Assembly (NCBI GenBank): GCA_039679545.1
Contig: JBDKUT010000045.1
Coordinates: forward strand, 1 to 28,217
Origin: Thermotogota bacterium
Lineage (GTDB): Bacteria; Bipolaricaulota; Bipolaricaulia; UBA7950; UBA9294
DNA length: 28,217 bases
Direction of reading: 5' to 3'
Shown here: positions 1-8,626 of the stretch, piece after piece
Layout of the letters: each line of letters starts with the position of its first letter
How positions within the stretch are numbered: the stretch's first letter is position 1
Made by a program: the position numbers and the translations under genes
Notes under the pieces: generated by a model
Databases searched by the model: none
Told to the model about the DNA's origin: nothing
What the model saw: only the letters and a program-made list of their open reading frames with translations

Positions 1-534
1 TACATCGTGTTCGGTGACGCCGCGCTGCGCGACATGGCCCGTCGCCGCCCGACGACGGCCGAGGGATTCCTCGAGGTGAGCGGCGTCGGCGAGGCCAAGG
101 CCCGCCAGTATGGCGAGACGTTCGTCGCGGCGATTCGCGAGTTCTGCAGGAGCCGCGAGATCGAGACGGACGTCGATCCCGACATCAAGGCGGTTCCCAA
201 GCCGACGCGGAAAGGCTCCAAGGTGCGGGCCACCGTCGACCTCGCGCGACCGATGGTCTACGAGCGGTTCGACCGCGGCCAGTCGCTCGACGCCGTCGCC
301 GACGGCATCGGCAAGTCGCCCGACGCCGTCCTCGAGTACCTCCTTGGCTACCTGCGAGAGAAGAAGCTCACCTCGCCCGAACCGTGGGTCGACGCGACAA
401 GCTTTGACCGAATCAGCGAGGTCGCGCGCGTCACCGGCACCGCGCGCCCCATCAACATCCTCCGCCAGCTGAACGGCCTCGTCACCTACGACCAGGTCAA
501 GATCGCGATCGTGTGCATCGAGAACGGCGAGTAG
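1..534 (+). CDS. recQ: C-terminal part of RecQ DNA helicase (HRDC domain plus C-terminal HTH); 5'-truncated by the window
   Basis: YIVFGDAALRDMARRRPTT..FLEVSGVGEAKARQYGETF is an HRDC signature, followed by an HTH_40-like tail (SLDAVADGIGKS...VTYDQVKIA); TAG at 532-534. Confidence 0.85.
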   Translation, partial: YIVFGDAALRDMARRRPTTAEGFLEVSGVGEAKARQYGETFVAAIREFCRSREIETDVDPDIKAVPKPTRKGSKVRATVDLARPMVYERFDRGQSLDAVADGIGKSPDAVLEYLLGYLREKKLTSPEPWVDATSFDRISEVARVTGTARPINILRQLNGLVTYDQVKIAIVCIENGE

Positions 535-543
535 CGAACGGAG

Positions 544-645
544 GGGACTCGCAGGGTTCATGGAGCTCGTGGAGTTCCGGATTGCGGAGCACACGCCGAA
601 CATCCGCCTCAACCATCTCAGCGAGCCCCAACGAACCCAACGAAC
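544..645. repeat. Degenerate 9-mer tracts arranged as inverted arms
   Basis: GGGTTCATG GAGCTCGTG GAGTTC (554-577) faces CCAACGAAC CCAACGAAC (628-645). Confidence 0.6.
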
Positions 646-693
646 GGGGAAACCTCGTCCACGCCGTCGGAAAGAACTGTACATCTCATACCC

Positions 694-722
694 TAGACTC
701 AAAGACAAACAGAACATACAAT
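694..722 (+). promoter_or_regulatory. sigma70-type promoter for the ORF6N gene
   Basis: TAGACT(694-699)-17 nt-TACAAT(717-722) in an AT-rich patch. Confidence 0.55.
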
Positions 723-767
723 GCATCCGGCCAGCCATGCTACAGCAACATCCGCAGGGAGGGAGAG

Positions 768-1313
768 ATGGAAGAGCAGGTGTCGGTGGATTCCGTCAAG
801 CTTCGGATCGTCGAGGTGCGAGGCGTGAAGGTCATCCTGGACAGCGACCTTGCTGGGCTCTACGGCGTCGAGACGCAGGCGCTGAATCAGGCAGTTCGGC
901 GGAACGCGGATCGGTTCCCGAGCGACTTCCTCTTCCGGCTCACCGAGGAAGAGAAGGCAAAGGTTATCACAGATTGCGATCACCTCGCGAATCTGCGATT
1001 CTCGCCCCATCTTCCGGTTGCGTTCACCGAGTACGGCGCCCTGATGGCCGCGAGTGTCCTCCATTCGCGCCAGGCAATCGCGATGAGCGTGTTCGCTGCC
1101 AGAGCGTTCGTCCGGCTCCGGAGCATCTACGCGTCGCACATCGAACTCACCCGACGGCTGGACGAGCTCGACATCAAGGTTGGCGCGAACGACGGACCCA
1201 CCCGATCGATCGTGGAAGTCATTCGCCAACTCATGCTTCCCGATTCCCCGCGGAGAGCGCTTGTCGGGCTGAACACACTGGAAAGGTGGTCGGGGCGTGG
1301 GCGGTCAGAGTGA
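768..1313 (+). CDS. ORF6N/KilA-N-like DNA-binding domain protein
   Basis: RIVEVRGVKVILDSDLAGLYGVETQALNQAVRRNADRFPSDFLFRLT...LPVAFTEYGALM matches ORF6N; ATG768 follows GGGAGGGAGAG; the C-terminus looks divergent or extended. Confidence 0.85.
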   Translation: MEEQVSVDSVKLRIVEVRGVKVILDSDLAGLYGVETQALNQAVRRNADRFPSDFLFRLTEEEKAKVITDCDHLANLRFSPHLPVAFTEYGALMAASVLHSRQAIAMSVFAARAFVRLRSIYASHIELTRRLDELDIKVGANDGPTRSIVEVIRQLMLPDSPRRALVGLNTLERWSGRGRSE

Positions 1314-1317
1314 ATCG

Positions 1318-1460
1318 GGCTCGTGGTTCTCAGTGCGCAATTCGCCGTGCGAAGACCGGAGTTCGCAGCGCGCATTCAGTCGCCCAAGGTATGTAGAGCA
1401 GCGAACCACGAACTGCGCACCGTGAACCGTGCACTGCGCTCTCCCAGCCGCGCACCATGA
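1318..1460. repeat. Degenerate 7-mer tracts arranged as inverted arms
   Basis: GAACCAC GAACTGC GCACCGT GAACCGT GCACTGC (1403-1437) is preceded by a complementary-type arm (GTGGTTCTCAGTGCGCAATTCGCCGTGCG...GTTCGCAGCGCGC). Confidence 0.65.
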
Positions 1461-1467
1461 GATCGGG

Positions 1468-1496
1468 TAGACATCGTAGATAAATCATGCTAGGGT
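1468..1496 (+). promoter_or_regulatory. Putative promoter of TA module 1 (near-leaderless)
   Basis: TAGACA-17 nt-TAGGGT with an extended TGn; ATG 8 nt downstream and no Shine-Dalgarno. Confidence 0.45.
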
Positions 1497-1504
1497 ATAC
1501 GCCT

Positions 1505-1726
1505 ATGACCTCATCGACAGTGTCGGCGAAAGTGCCCGAGGAGCTGCGGAAGCAGCTTGAAGAGATTGCGAAGGCAGAGCGACGCACGACCAGCAATGTC
1601 ATCCAGCTCGCGATCGAGGACTTCGTCAGGCAGTACAACGAGATTCATCCGCAGTTCAGAGCTGACATCCTTGAGGCGCTCGAGCAGATGAAGACCGGCG
1701 ACGTAGTTCCTTACGAGTGGGGCTAG
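1505..1726 (+). CDS. Ribbon-helix-helix (CopG-like) antitoxin
   Basis: TVSAKVPEELRKQLEEIAKAERRTTSNVIQLAIEDF is an RHH pattern; lies directly upstream of a RelE-like ORF. Confidence 0.8.
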   Translation: MTSSTVSAKVPEELRKQLEEIAKAERRTTSNVIQLAIEDFVRQYNEIHPQFRADILEALEQMKTGDVVPYEWG

Positions 1727-1731
1727 AGCTC

Positions 1732-2022
1732 GTGACGTACACCCCAGTCCCGGTACGCAACTTCGACCGCATCAAGAAGAAGCTTCCGGCTGCTCTGAGA
1801 GCCGAGGTGGATCGGCAGGTCCGTGTGATCTGCGACAATCCTCTGCTCGGCGAAGAGAAGACGGGGGATCTGCGTGGCGTGTTCGTCCACAAGTTTCGAG
1901 CGGCAGGCAAGCTTTACCTTCTTGCCTACTGGCCTGACGCGGCCGGACGGACCATCACCCTCCTTGCTCTTAGCGGGCACGAGAACTTCTACCGCGACCT
2001 CAAGCGGTATCTCGCGAGCTGA
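1732..2022 (+). CDS. RelE/ParE-superfamily toxin
   Basis: ICDNPLLGEEKTGDLRGVFVHKF...YLLAY...LLALSGHENFYRDLK; GTG start at 1732 inferred. Confidence 0.85.
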   Translation: MTYTPVPVRNFDRIKKKLPAALRAEVDRQVRVICDNPLLGEEKTGDLRGVFVHKFRAAGKLYLLAYWPDAAGRTITLLALSGHENFYRDLKRYLAS

Positions 2023-2059
2023 GCCACGCGAGAGCCTGCCCATTGCGAAACTCGTAGCT

Positions 2060-2155
2060 CAGCATTCGTTGAGTTCATAGCGTTCTTGGAGTTTGTAGGG
2101 TTCCGTAACTGCAGCCGCGAACTGCGAACTACCCACTCCGCGCCCAACGAACGGC
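2060..2155. repeat. 9-mer and 7-mer degenerate tracts
   Basis: TTCGTTGAG TTCATAGCG TTCTTGGAG TTTGTAGGG TTC, then CGAACTG CGAACTA..., then CCCAACGAACGG. Confidence 0.6.
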
Positions 2156-2313
2156 CCGCGGAGCCGCCTGTTCGCCGCTGGGCGCCATGCTTAGTTCGGC
2201 GGCGGGCCATGAGGCTCAGCCGGATCCCCGCTCGCGGCCGTTGACAGGTGCGCCCGGATGCGATACGGATGTAGGTGTTCCGGATAGGCCAGAGAAAGGG
2301 AGGCGCAGATCGC

Positions 2314-3729
2314 ATGACCAAGCGATGGGTTGTGCTCGGTGGTTTGACCGTAGGATTGGCGCTTCTTGTCTGCGGGTGTAGCTGGCTGCAGCCAGCGTCG
2401 GTGACGGAAACGGCCGCTGACCCCGTGCGAACGATCGAACTGGTCGTCGACGGCCCGCTCAGTGATGCAGTTGTCGCAGAGCTGGCGGAGTACGGCCAGG
2501 TGACGCAACGCTTCGACGCGATCGGAGGCGTCATCATGCGGGCCAAGGAGTCTGCGCTCAAGGCGGTGTCGGGCCTGCCCTCCGTCCGTCTCGCGGGGGC
2601 CATTGCGCAACGGCACGCCGACAACTACGCCGGCGGGATCAGCCCCTGGGATCTTGACCTGATGAACGTCACGGATTTCGGCGTGCCGCGGGTCGCGGAG
2701 TACGACGGGAGCGAGGTCTACGTCGCTGTGCTCGACACCGGCCTCGTTCAGAACTGGCGCGAGTACCTCCCCGAAGAGCGCATTGCCGTGCAGTATGCGA
2801 AGGCGTTCAAGAGCGGGGCGAGCGACAACAGCACGGTTGCCGAAGCGACGCACCAGTGGGAGCGGGACACAGAGGCGCACGGCACGCACGTCACAAGCAC
2901 GATCCTCGGCTACTGGATCAAGAGCCTGACGGCTCCGTACGCCGCCAACGGCGTCGCTCCGATGGCGACCGTGATTCCGGTCAAGGTTCTCGGCAACAAC
3001 GGCGGCGGATGGTCGCCGGCGATCGCGGCGGGAATCGTGTACGCCGTCGATCTGAAGCTTGCGCTGGGTGCGCCGATGGTGATCAACATGAGCCTCGGCG
3101 GTTCGCAGCTCTCGCCGCTTGAAGCGGCCGCGATCGACTACGCGATGGACAACGGCGTCGTCGTCGTCGCCTCCGCCGGCAACGAGGGTGAAGCCGGGAT
3201 GGGCTATCCTGGGGCTTACGCCCCCGTCGTCAGCGTCGGCGCGATCGGCTGGGTCGACGAGTGGGTCGGCGGCGGCGGGTTCTGGAGACGAAACGTCGCG
3301 GAGCCGGCGTCGGACGAAGCCCTGCAGGACATGGTCTACGTGTGCGACTTCAGCAGCCGAGCGCTGACCGGTCAGGACCTGGACGTTCTCGCGCCGGGAA
3401 GCTGGATCGTCGGACCGTACCTCGGCTCCGGCGCCGCGACGCCTCCTCTGTGGGCGAACGGCCAACCCGGCGAGTACTACTTCCTCGGCGGAACCAGCAT
3501 GGCTTCGCCGCACGTCGCCGGCCTGGTTGCGCTGATGTTCGACAAGAACCCGGCCCTGGCAGCGGCGGATGTCGAAGGCATCCTCGAGGGTGCAGCCATC
3601 GACCTCCCCGCCGGATCGCGAACCGTCGACGACGGCTCGGGCGTGCAAGTTGAGTTCAGCTGGGGCGACGACGCCACCGGAGCGGGCATCGTGCTCGCCG
3701 ACGAGGTCCTCGATGCCGTAGCGCCGTAG
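2314..3729 (+). CDS. S8 (subtilisin-like) serine peptidase, probable lipoprotein
   Basis: Catalytic motifs VAVLDTG, HGTHV, SAGN and GTSMASPHVAG; signal peptide ending LVCGC; RBS GGGAGG before ATG2314. Confidence 0.92.
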   Translation: MTKRWVVLGGLTVGLALLVCGCSWLQPASVTETAADPVRTIELVVDGPLSDAVVAELAEYGQVTQRFDAIGGVIMRAKESALKAVSGLPSVRLAGAIAQRHADNYAGGISPWDLDLMNVTDFGVPRVAEYDGSEVYVAVLDTGLVQNWREYLPEERIAVQYAKAFKSGASDNSTVAEATHQWERDTEAHGTHVTSTILGYWIKSLTAPYAANGVAPMATVIPVKVLGNNGGGWSPAIAAGIVYAVDLKLALGAPMVINMSLGGSQLSPLEAAAIDYAMDNGVVVVASAGNEGEAGMGYPGAYAPVVSVGAIGWVDEWVGGGGFWRRNVAEPASDEALQDMVYVCDFSSRALTGQDLDVLAPGSWIVGPYLGSGAATPPLWANGQPGEYYFLGGTSMASPHVAGLVALMFDKNPALAAADVEGILEGAAIDLPAGSRTVDDGSGVQVEFSWGDDATGAGIVLADEVLDAVAP

Positions 3730-3752
3730 GATACCGCGGCACAAGAAGGATC

Positions 3753-3790
3753 ACGGCGCGGCCCGCGTGGGCCGCGCCGTCTCTCTTTCT
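3753..3790 (+). terminator. Intrinsic terminator-like hairpin after the peptidase gene
   Basis: Perfect 12-bp stem ACGGCGCGGCCC-GCGT-GGGCCGCGCCGT followed by the pyrimidine tail CTCTCTTTCT. Confidence 0.75.
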
Positions 3791-3877
3791 CCGTACGCCA
3801 CGCACGCGAGAGTCGCACCAGAGTAGTCTCACATCCCTGTCGGACTCCCGGGCACATCGGTCCCAAGCCTAGGAATC

Positions 3878-4058
3878 GTAGCGAGTGGCCTGTGGCTCGT
3901 GGATTGTGGGAACTGCGTCCTGTCAGTGCTTCTCCTACGTGCCACAAACCACGTGCTACCAGCCGCCTTTCACAACCCAACGAACCGAATGAACTGGGCA
4001 CCGCGCACTGCGAACCAGTCGACGAACCTAGACGAGCGCGTCGAACTGCGCACCATGA
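3878..4058. repeat. Inverted 7-mer arms plus 9-mer/7-mer tracts
   Basis: TAGCGAG TGGCCTG TGGCTCG TGGATTG TGG versus CCACAAA CCACGTG CTACCAG CCGC; then CCCAACGAACCGAATGAAC. Confidence 0.6.
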
Positions 4059-4083
4059 CGCTTGAGCACTAAAGCGTTATAAT
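4055..4083 (+). promoter_or_regulatory. Promoter with embedded operator for TA module 2
   Basis: ATGACG-17 nt-TATAAT; inverted repeat ACGCTT(4058-63)...AAGCGT(4072-77). Confidence 0.6.
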
Positions 4084-4101
4084 GCCTCCCGGTGATCCGT
4101 G

Positions 4102-4326
4102 ATGACGAAGCGAGCGACGATCTACTTGGAGCCGGAGCTCCACACCGCGCTCAAGGTGAAGGCGGCCCATACCGAGCGATCGATGTCAGAACTCGTGAAC
4201 GAGGCAGTGCGCGAATCCCTTCGCGAGGACCAAGAGGATCTCCAGGCGTTTGCCGACCGCGCTGCCGAGCCGACGATGTCGTACGAAGCCCTCCTCGCCG
4301 ACCTCAAGGCGCATGGCAAGATATAG
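4102..4326 (+). CDS. CopG/RHH antitoxin
   Basis: KRATIYLEPELHTALKVKAAHTERSMSELVNEAVR is an RHH pattern; overlaps the downstream toxin. Confidence 0.85.
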   Translation: MTKRATIYLEPELHTALKVKAAHTERSMSELVNEAVRESLREDQEDLQAFADRAAEPTMSYEALLADLKAHGKI

Positions 4327-4573
4327 ACTCGAGATCAAGAAGAGCGTAGCCAAGGATCTACGCGGCATACCCCAAAAACACGTTGCGCGGATTCTGAAAC
4401 GGATTGCGGCATTGGCTGACGAGCCCCGAGGGCCCGATTCCGAGAAGCTGTCCAGCCGAGAGCTCTACCGAGTGCGACAAGGCAGCTACCGGATCCTCTA
4501 CGAGATCCGAGATGCTAACCACGTCGTTGTGGTCGTCAAGGTCGCCCATCGGTCCAAAGCCTACGGCTCGTAG
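4313..4573 (+). CDS. relE: RelE/StbE family mRNA interferase toxin
   Basis: MARYRLEIKKSVAKDL...EKLS...YRVRQGSYRILYEI...VVVKVAHR. Confidence 0.88.
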   Translation: MARYRLEIKKSVAKDLRGIPQKHVARILKRIAALADEPRGPDSEKLSSRELYRVRQGSYRILYEIRDANHVVVVVKVAHRSKAYGS

Positions 4574-4678
4574 ATGAGCTACTCGATTTCTCTGAGTTCG
4601 TTGAGTCCAGCAACCGGGTGGATAAGCCTCGAGTTGCCTTTCGGGACTCAAAGAACCCAACGAACTGGCCTCGGTCCA

Positions 4679-4750
4679 GGAGTTCCGCATCCGCCCTTTG
4701 CCTGCGGAACTCCCGAGCTGTCGGTCAACGCAGATCGACCGACAGCCACG
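4679..4750. repeat. Double-hairpin REP-like element (family A), copy 1
   Basis: GGAGTTCCGCA/TGCGGAACTCC stem, CGA linker, GCTGTCGGTC-10 nt-GACCGACAGC stem; 4703-4750 is identical to 8839-8886. Confidence 0.85.
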
Positions 4751-4881
4751 GACTGCGCACTGCGCACCCAACGAACCCGACGAATGCATCCCCACATGCC
4801 ACGAGCCGCCTCTCGTGAGCCAACGAACTCAACGAACGGCCCCTTGGCAACCGCCCTAACTTCCTCCATCCTTGTCACGTG

Positions 4882-6195
4882 ATGAAAGGCTTGAGCCGCT
4901 CCACTACGTGCACACTGAGGGGCAGATTGCCGATCGCCGCCACGATAGCGGTTGCCACCGTCCTCGCAGCCGGCGGATGCTTCCTCTTTCCCAACACCCT
5001 CCCAATCGCGGAGATCGACGCCGATCCCACGATGGGGATTGCGCCGCTCACCGTCGAGTTCGATGCCGGTGAATCCTACGATCCCGACGGCACGATCCGG
5101 CGGTACGAGTGGGATTTCGGCGACGGACACGAAGGCGCCGGAGTGCGGATCGACCACACCTACACGGCCGCCGGAGAGTACGAGGCCACCCTCACCGTAG
5201 TCGACAAGCGCGGAGGCCGGGCGACCGGCTCCGTCGAGATCGCCGTGCGCGGAGCGAACGAGCTACCTGTCGCCGCGTTCTCGGCGTACCCGTCTCCCGC
5301 CTATCCGCGGCAGACCGTCCGCTTTAACGCCGGCGCGTCCTACGACCCCGACGGGGAGATCGAGTCGTATGCGTGGAGCTACGGAGACGGCTCGACCGGC
5401 ACCGGTGCATCCGCATTCCACCAGTACGCCTCCGTAGGCTCCTACACCGTCACCCTCACAATTCGCGACAACGACAACGGCGAGAGGACCGCGACCACTA
5501 CAATCACCATCGTGACGACCATCGACACCTCCGGGACCGTGTCGCGGCACTACGAGTGGGAGTACGGCGGGCAGGATGAGAGCTGCGACCTCGAGATCTC
5601 GCTCGACCTCTACCGGTACTACAAGTCCCAGCCGCGCACCGCGTTCGTGAACAGAGACTACGACGAGTACGTCCTCGACCCGCTCGACGACGACGACCTC
5701 GAAGTCATCACCCAGGAGATCCTGAGCGGCGCGGGCGGCGACTACCACGCCCAGCTCGAGAACGCCCTCTTCTTCGTCCAGCACTGCGTCGAGTACGTCA
5801 ACGACCCGTACTGGTACGAGTACCCCCGCTACCCCATCGAGGTGCTCGTCGACCTGATCGGCGACTGCGAAGACACCGCCATCCTCTATACCAGCCTCGT
5901 CCGCACCCTCGGCCACGGAGCCCTCATGGTCGCCGTAGACACCAGCGGCGACGGCGTCGCCGACCACATGATCGCGTGGGTTCCCGTCGAGCAGAGCTTC
6001 ATCACCGCGCATCCCGACCGCAGCTTCTGGGACTACCACGGCAAGGTGTACGCCTTCGCCGAGACCGCCGTCGAAGGCGGCTACGTCCCCCTCGGCGTCG
6101 ACCCGTGGGGCCTGACGGCGGAAGACATCGACACTGTGTACGACGTGTCCAGTATCGACAGGGCTCCGCGAGCCCTGCTATTGCGAGGGCCGTAG
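4882..6195 (+). CDS. Lipoprotein with two PKD domains and a C-terminal transglutaminase-like (Cys-His) domain
   Basis: Lipobox LAAGGC; SYDPDG..YEWDFGDG and SYDPDG..YAWSYGDG PKD repeats; YPRYPIEVLVDLIGDCEDTAIL...HMIAW; start codon uncertain. Confidence 0.8.
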   Translation: MKGLSRSTTCTLRGRLPIAATIAVATVLAAGGCFLFPNTLPIAEIDADPTMGIAPLTVEFDAGESYDPDGTIRRYEWDFGDGHEGAGVRIDHTYTAAGEYEATLTVVDKRGGRATGSVEIAVRGANELPVAAFSAYPSPAYPRQTVRFNAGASYDPDGEIESYAWSYGDGSTGTGASAFHQYASVGSYTVTLTIRDNDNGERTATTTITIVTTIDTSGTVSRHYEWEYGGQDESCDLEISLDLYRYYKSQPRTAFVNRDYDEYVLDPLDDDDLEVITQEILSGAGGDYHAQLENALFFVQHCVEYVNDPYWYEYPRYPIEVLVDLIGDCEDTAILYTSLVRTLGHGALMVAVDTSGDGVADHMIAWVPVEQSFITAHPDRSFWDYHGKVYAFAETAVEGGYVPLGVDPWGLTAEDIDTVYDVSSIDRAPRALLLRGP

Positions 6196-6426
6196 TTGAG
6201 GAGATGAAGAGCGCTGTTGAGGCGCAGAGAAGCCGGAACCAGTTGTGGACCTGCTCATTGGCGGCTTGGCGCGACGCATTCGCCCAATACCGGCGTCCAC
6301 CGCACGCCGAAGGCCACACGGTCTACCCTCAGGGTCGTCCCTTGACGCAGCGGGCTGCCCCCCGAGTGAGAGACGCAGTCGCATCCATGCTTACTGCGTG
6401 GGCTCAACCCGATGGACACTCGGGGC

Positions 6427-7569
6427 CTACGGCCTCGGGATGAGTTGCGCTGGCTCCTCAAGGATTGCCAGTAGGTCAGTCGCGCAGTACGCGCGATCGC
6501 GCTGGCGGCCGTCGACCGGAGACAGGATGTTCTTGTCCACGAGGATGGAAATAGCGCGCGCCGCCGTCGTTCGCGCCACGCCCAGACGGTCTGCCACGTG
6601 CTTGGCGGTGACAAAGGGGTTCCCCGCAAGAAGATCGACGACTCGTGCGGGCGCGTCCGACCTCACTCCGCGTAGGTCCGCATGCCACTCGAGAACCAGG
6701 TCGCGCATGCGAGCCGCGCGGTCGACAGCGTCTTCCGACTGCCGCGCGACGCCGTTCAGGAAATAGACGAGCCAGTTCGCCCAGTCGGCCGCGCTCGTCA
6801 CCTCGCGCAGGCGGGTGTAGTAGTCGGAGCGGGTCGCCTCGAAGAACGCGCTTAGGTAGAGGAGTGGAGATGGGAGAACCCTGCTGTCTACGAGAAAGAG
6901 GCTGACGAGCAGCCGGCCGACGCGACCGTTCCCATCGAGGAACGGGTGAATCGCCTCAAACTGAACGTGCGCAAGCGCGGCCTGAACGAGTGGAGGGAGC
7001 GAACGATCCTGCAAGAACCGTTCCAAGTCGCGCAAGAGCGCAGGGACACGTGCGGGCGGCGGCGGAACGTACACTGCCGTATGCGGGGTCGAACCGGGAA
7101 GGCCGATCCAGTTCTGGATCGTGCGTACCTTCCCTGGTTGGGCGTGGCCGCCGCGCACCTCGCGCATCAGGAGAGCGTGGACTTCCTTCAGGAGCGAGAC
7201 GGAGAGGCCAAGAGCCGGCAACCGATCGATCCCGTGCTCAAGGGCGGCGACGTAGTTCGCGACCTCGCGCAGGTCTTCGGGACTCCGGTCGACGATCGCG
7301 CCAGCCTCCGCAGCGAGCAGCTCACCCAGCGTAGCCCGCGTGCCCTCGATTCGACTGGAGAGCACGGCCTCTCGCGCAACAAAGGGACGCATGAGGATGT
7401 GCGGATTCGGCAGTCCGCGGCCCTCGCCTGCGAGCCGCCCGATGGCCCGATCTGCGTCCGACATCGCGTGCACGATCTCCCTCGTCCACTCGAGAGTCGG
7501 CGGCAACGGGTTCGGGACGAAAGCCGAGTACCCTTCTTGGCTCTTGATCCACTCCCCTGGCTGAGGCAC
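6427..7569 (-). CDS. fic: Fic family AMPylase with N-terminal inhibitory motif and C-terminal HTH
   Basis: HPFLDGNGRVGR catalytic motif; SSRIEG matches (S/T)xxxE(G/N); C-terminal TAKHVADRLGVARTTA; GTG7569 follows GGAGGAG. Confidence 0.9.
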   Translation of the reverse strand: MPQPGEWIKSQEGYSAFVPNPLPPTLEWTREIVHAMSDADRAIGRLAGEGRGLPNPHILMRPFVAREAVLSSRIEGTRATLGELLAAEAGAIVDRSPEDLREVANYVAALEHGIDRLPALGLSVSLLKEVHALLMREVRGGHAQPGKVRTIQNWIGLPGSTPHTAVYVPPPPARVPALLRDLERFLQDRSLPPLVQAALAHVQFEAIHPFLDGNGRVGRLLVSLFLVDSRVLPSPLLYLSAFFEATRSDYYTRLREVTSAADWANWLVYFLNGVARQSEDAVDRAARMRDLVLEWHADLRGVRSDAPARVVDLLAGNPFVTAKHVADRLGVARTTAARAISILVDKNILSPVDGRQRDRAYCATDLLAILEEPAQLIPRP

Positions 7570-7585
7570 GTCTCCTCCCGTCGCT

Positions 7586-7729
7586 ATGAGCGTAAAGATA
7601 GAATAGCGCACATAACGTTCGATGCCAATGAGCGCACCCCCGTGCTCGACGCATCATAATGAGCGATGAAGGCCGAATGCGCTCATAACGTCCTCGCCCT
7701 GTGAGCGGAACCCGCCGCATTCCGTTCAC
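7586..7729. promoter_or_regulatory. Array of four operator-like inverted repeats upstream of fic
   Basis: RTGAGCG-N14/15-CGYWCAY-like boxes starting at 7586, 7628 (degenerate), 7659 and 7701. Confidence 0.6.
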
Positions 7730-7807
7730 GCGGCCCTGTTTCCCACATGCCGCCTCTCGTAACCCAACGAACTGCCCAGCCGACCAGGAGAAGCCAGCCC
7801 CACACAA

Positions 7808-7920
7808 GGAGTTCGGCGACGTGTCGCGGACACCGACCGAACTCCCGAGCTGCTCGAAAACCTGAGAGATCGAGCAGCCCAACTCCCCGAGCTACTCAGC
7901 ACCGCAGCCCGCTGAGTAGC
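7808..7920. repeat. Family A hairpin cluster, copy 2 (three hairpins)
   Basis: GGAGTTCGG/CCGAACTCC; GCTGCTCGA-12-TCGAGCAGC; GCTACTCAGC-10-GCTGAGTAGC. Confidence 0.85.
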
Positions 7921-8018
7921 CACGAACCCAACGAACTCAACGAACTCAACGAATCGGCCAGCCTCCGAGCCACGCACCGCGAACCGCGAACCGCGCACTC
8001 CGAGCCCAACGAACCCAA
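7921..8018. repeat. 9-mer then 7-mer tandem tracts
   Basis: CACGAACCC AACGAACTC AACGAACTC AACGAA; CGAGCCA CGCACCG CGAACCG CGAACCG CGCACTC CGAGCCC. Confidence 0.8.
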
Positions 8019-8088
8019 GTGACTCGCGCGCACACCGGGAACGCTATAATCCTTCAAGCTCGTTCGGCATGGGCGGAGCGGAGGCGCG

Positions 8089-8328
8089 ATGAAGTTCTAT
8101 TCATTCCAGATCGTCATCGAGAAAGAGAAGGACGATCCAGGCTACTACGCCTACAGCCCAGCTCTTCCCGGGTGCTTCAGCAACGGAAAGACCGTCGAAG
8201 AGGCGAAGCGGAACATCCGTGAGGCGATTGAGCTGCACATCCAATCCCTCCTAGCGCACGACCAAGACGTTCCGCAAACCGGTCAGCTCGTCCACGTCGA
8301 AGAGCTCACCGTCGGCGTCCCAGAATGA
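8089..8328 (+). CDS. hicB: HicB family antitoxin (short form, no DNA-binding domain)
   Basis: YYAYSPALPGCFSNGKTVEEAKRNIREAIELHI; TATAAT at 8045-8050 upstream. Confidence 0.9.
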   Translation: MKFYSFQIVIEKEKDDPGYYAYSPALPGCFSNGKTVEEAKRNIREAIELHIQSLLAHDQDVPQTGQLVHVEELTVGVPE

Positions 8329-8552
8329 CCCGAGCGCCGCAGATCACCGCTCGGGAGCTTCTCGCATTCCTCAAGAGGAAAGGCTTCGTCGAAGAGAGAC
8401 GCTCCGGCTCGCATCTCACGCTCCGGCACCCAAACAGCGGCAAGACCGTCACTCTGCCGGTGCACACCGGCTGCGATCTCGGCCGAGGACCTGCCGTACG
8501 AGTCCTGCGGGACGCCGGGTTCTCGCTGGACGACTACCTCGCTGCCCGCTGA
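8325..8552 (+). CDS. hicA: HicA family toxin
   Basis: GFVEERRSGSHLTLRH...TVTLPVH dsRBD-like HicA motif; ATGA overlap with hicB. Confidence 0.9.
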   Translation: MTRAPQITARELLAFLKRKGFVEERRSGSHLTLRHPNSGKTVTLPVHTGCDLGRGPAVRVLRDAGFSLDDYLAAR

Positions 8553-8626
8553 TCCGCCCCGCGCACCCCGTCCACGGACCTGGAGTTGCCTCCTTGAGTC
8601 GTCGCCTCCGGCGCAGTCCCACCCAA

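Noticed and set aside
513..767. N-terminal extension of the ORF6N protein
   Set aside because: It runs through repeat tracts and the predicted promoter; there is a good RBS at ATG768
2191..3744. Long antisense or alternate-frame ORFs (also 9600-11057, 10049-11149, 14616-15575, 16648-17577, 26651-28015)
   Set aside because: Shadows of high-GC3 genes whose family motifs are clear in the other frame
6204..6443. Small ORF MKSAVEAQRSRNQLW... with a GAGGAG RBS
   Set aside because: No recognisable motif and it overlaps the fic 3' end; possibly a gene remnant but unsupported
8089..8552. hicB-before-hicA order as a novelty
   Set aside because: Both gene orders are known for HicAB modules
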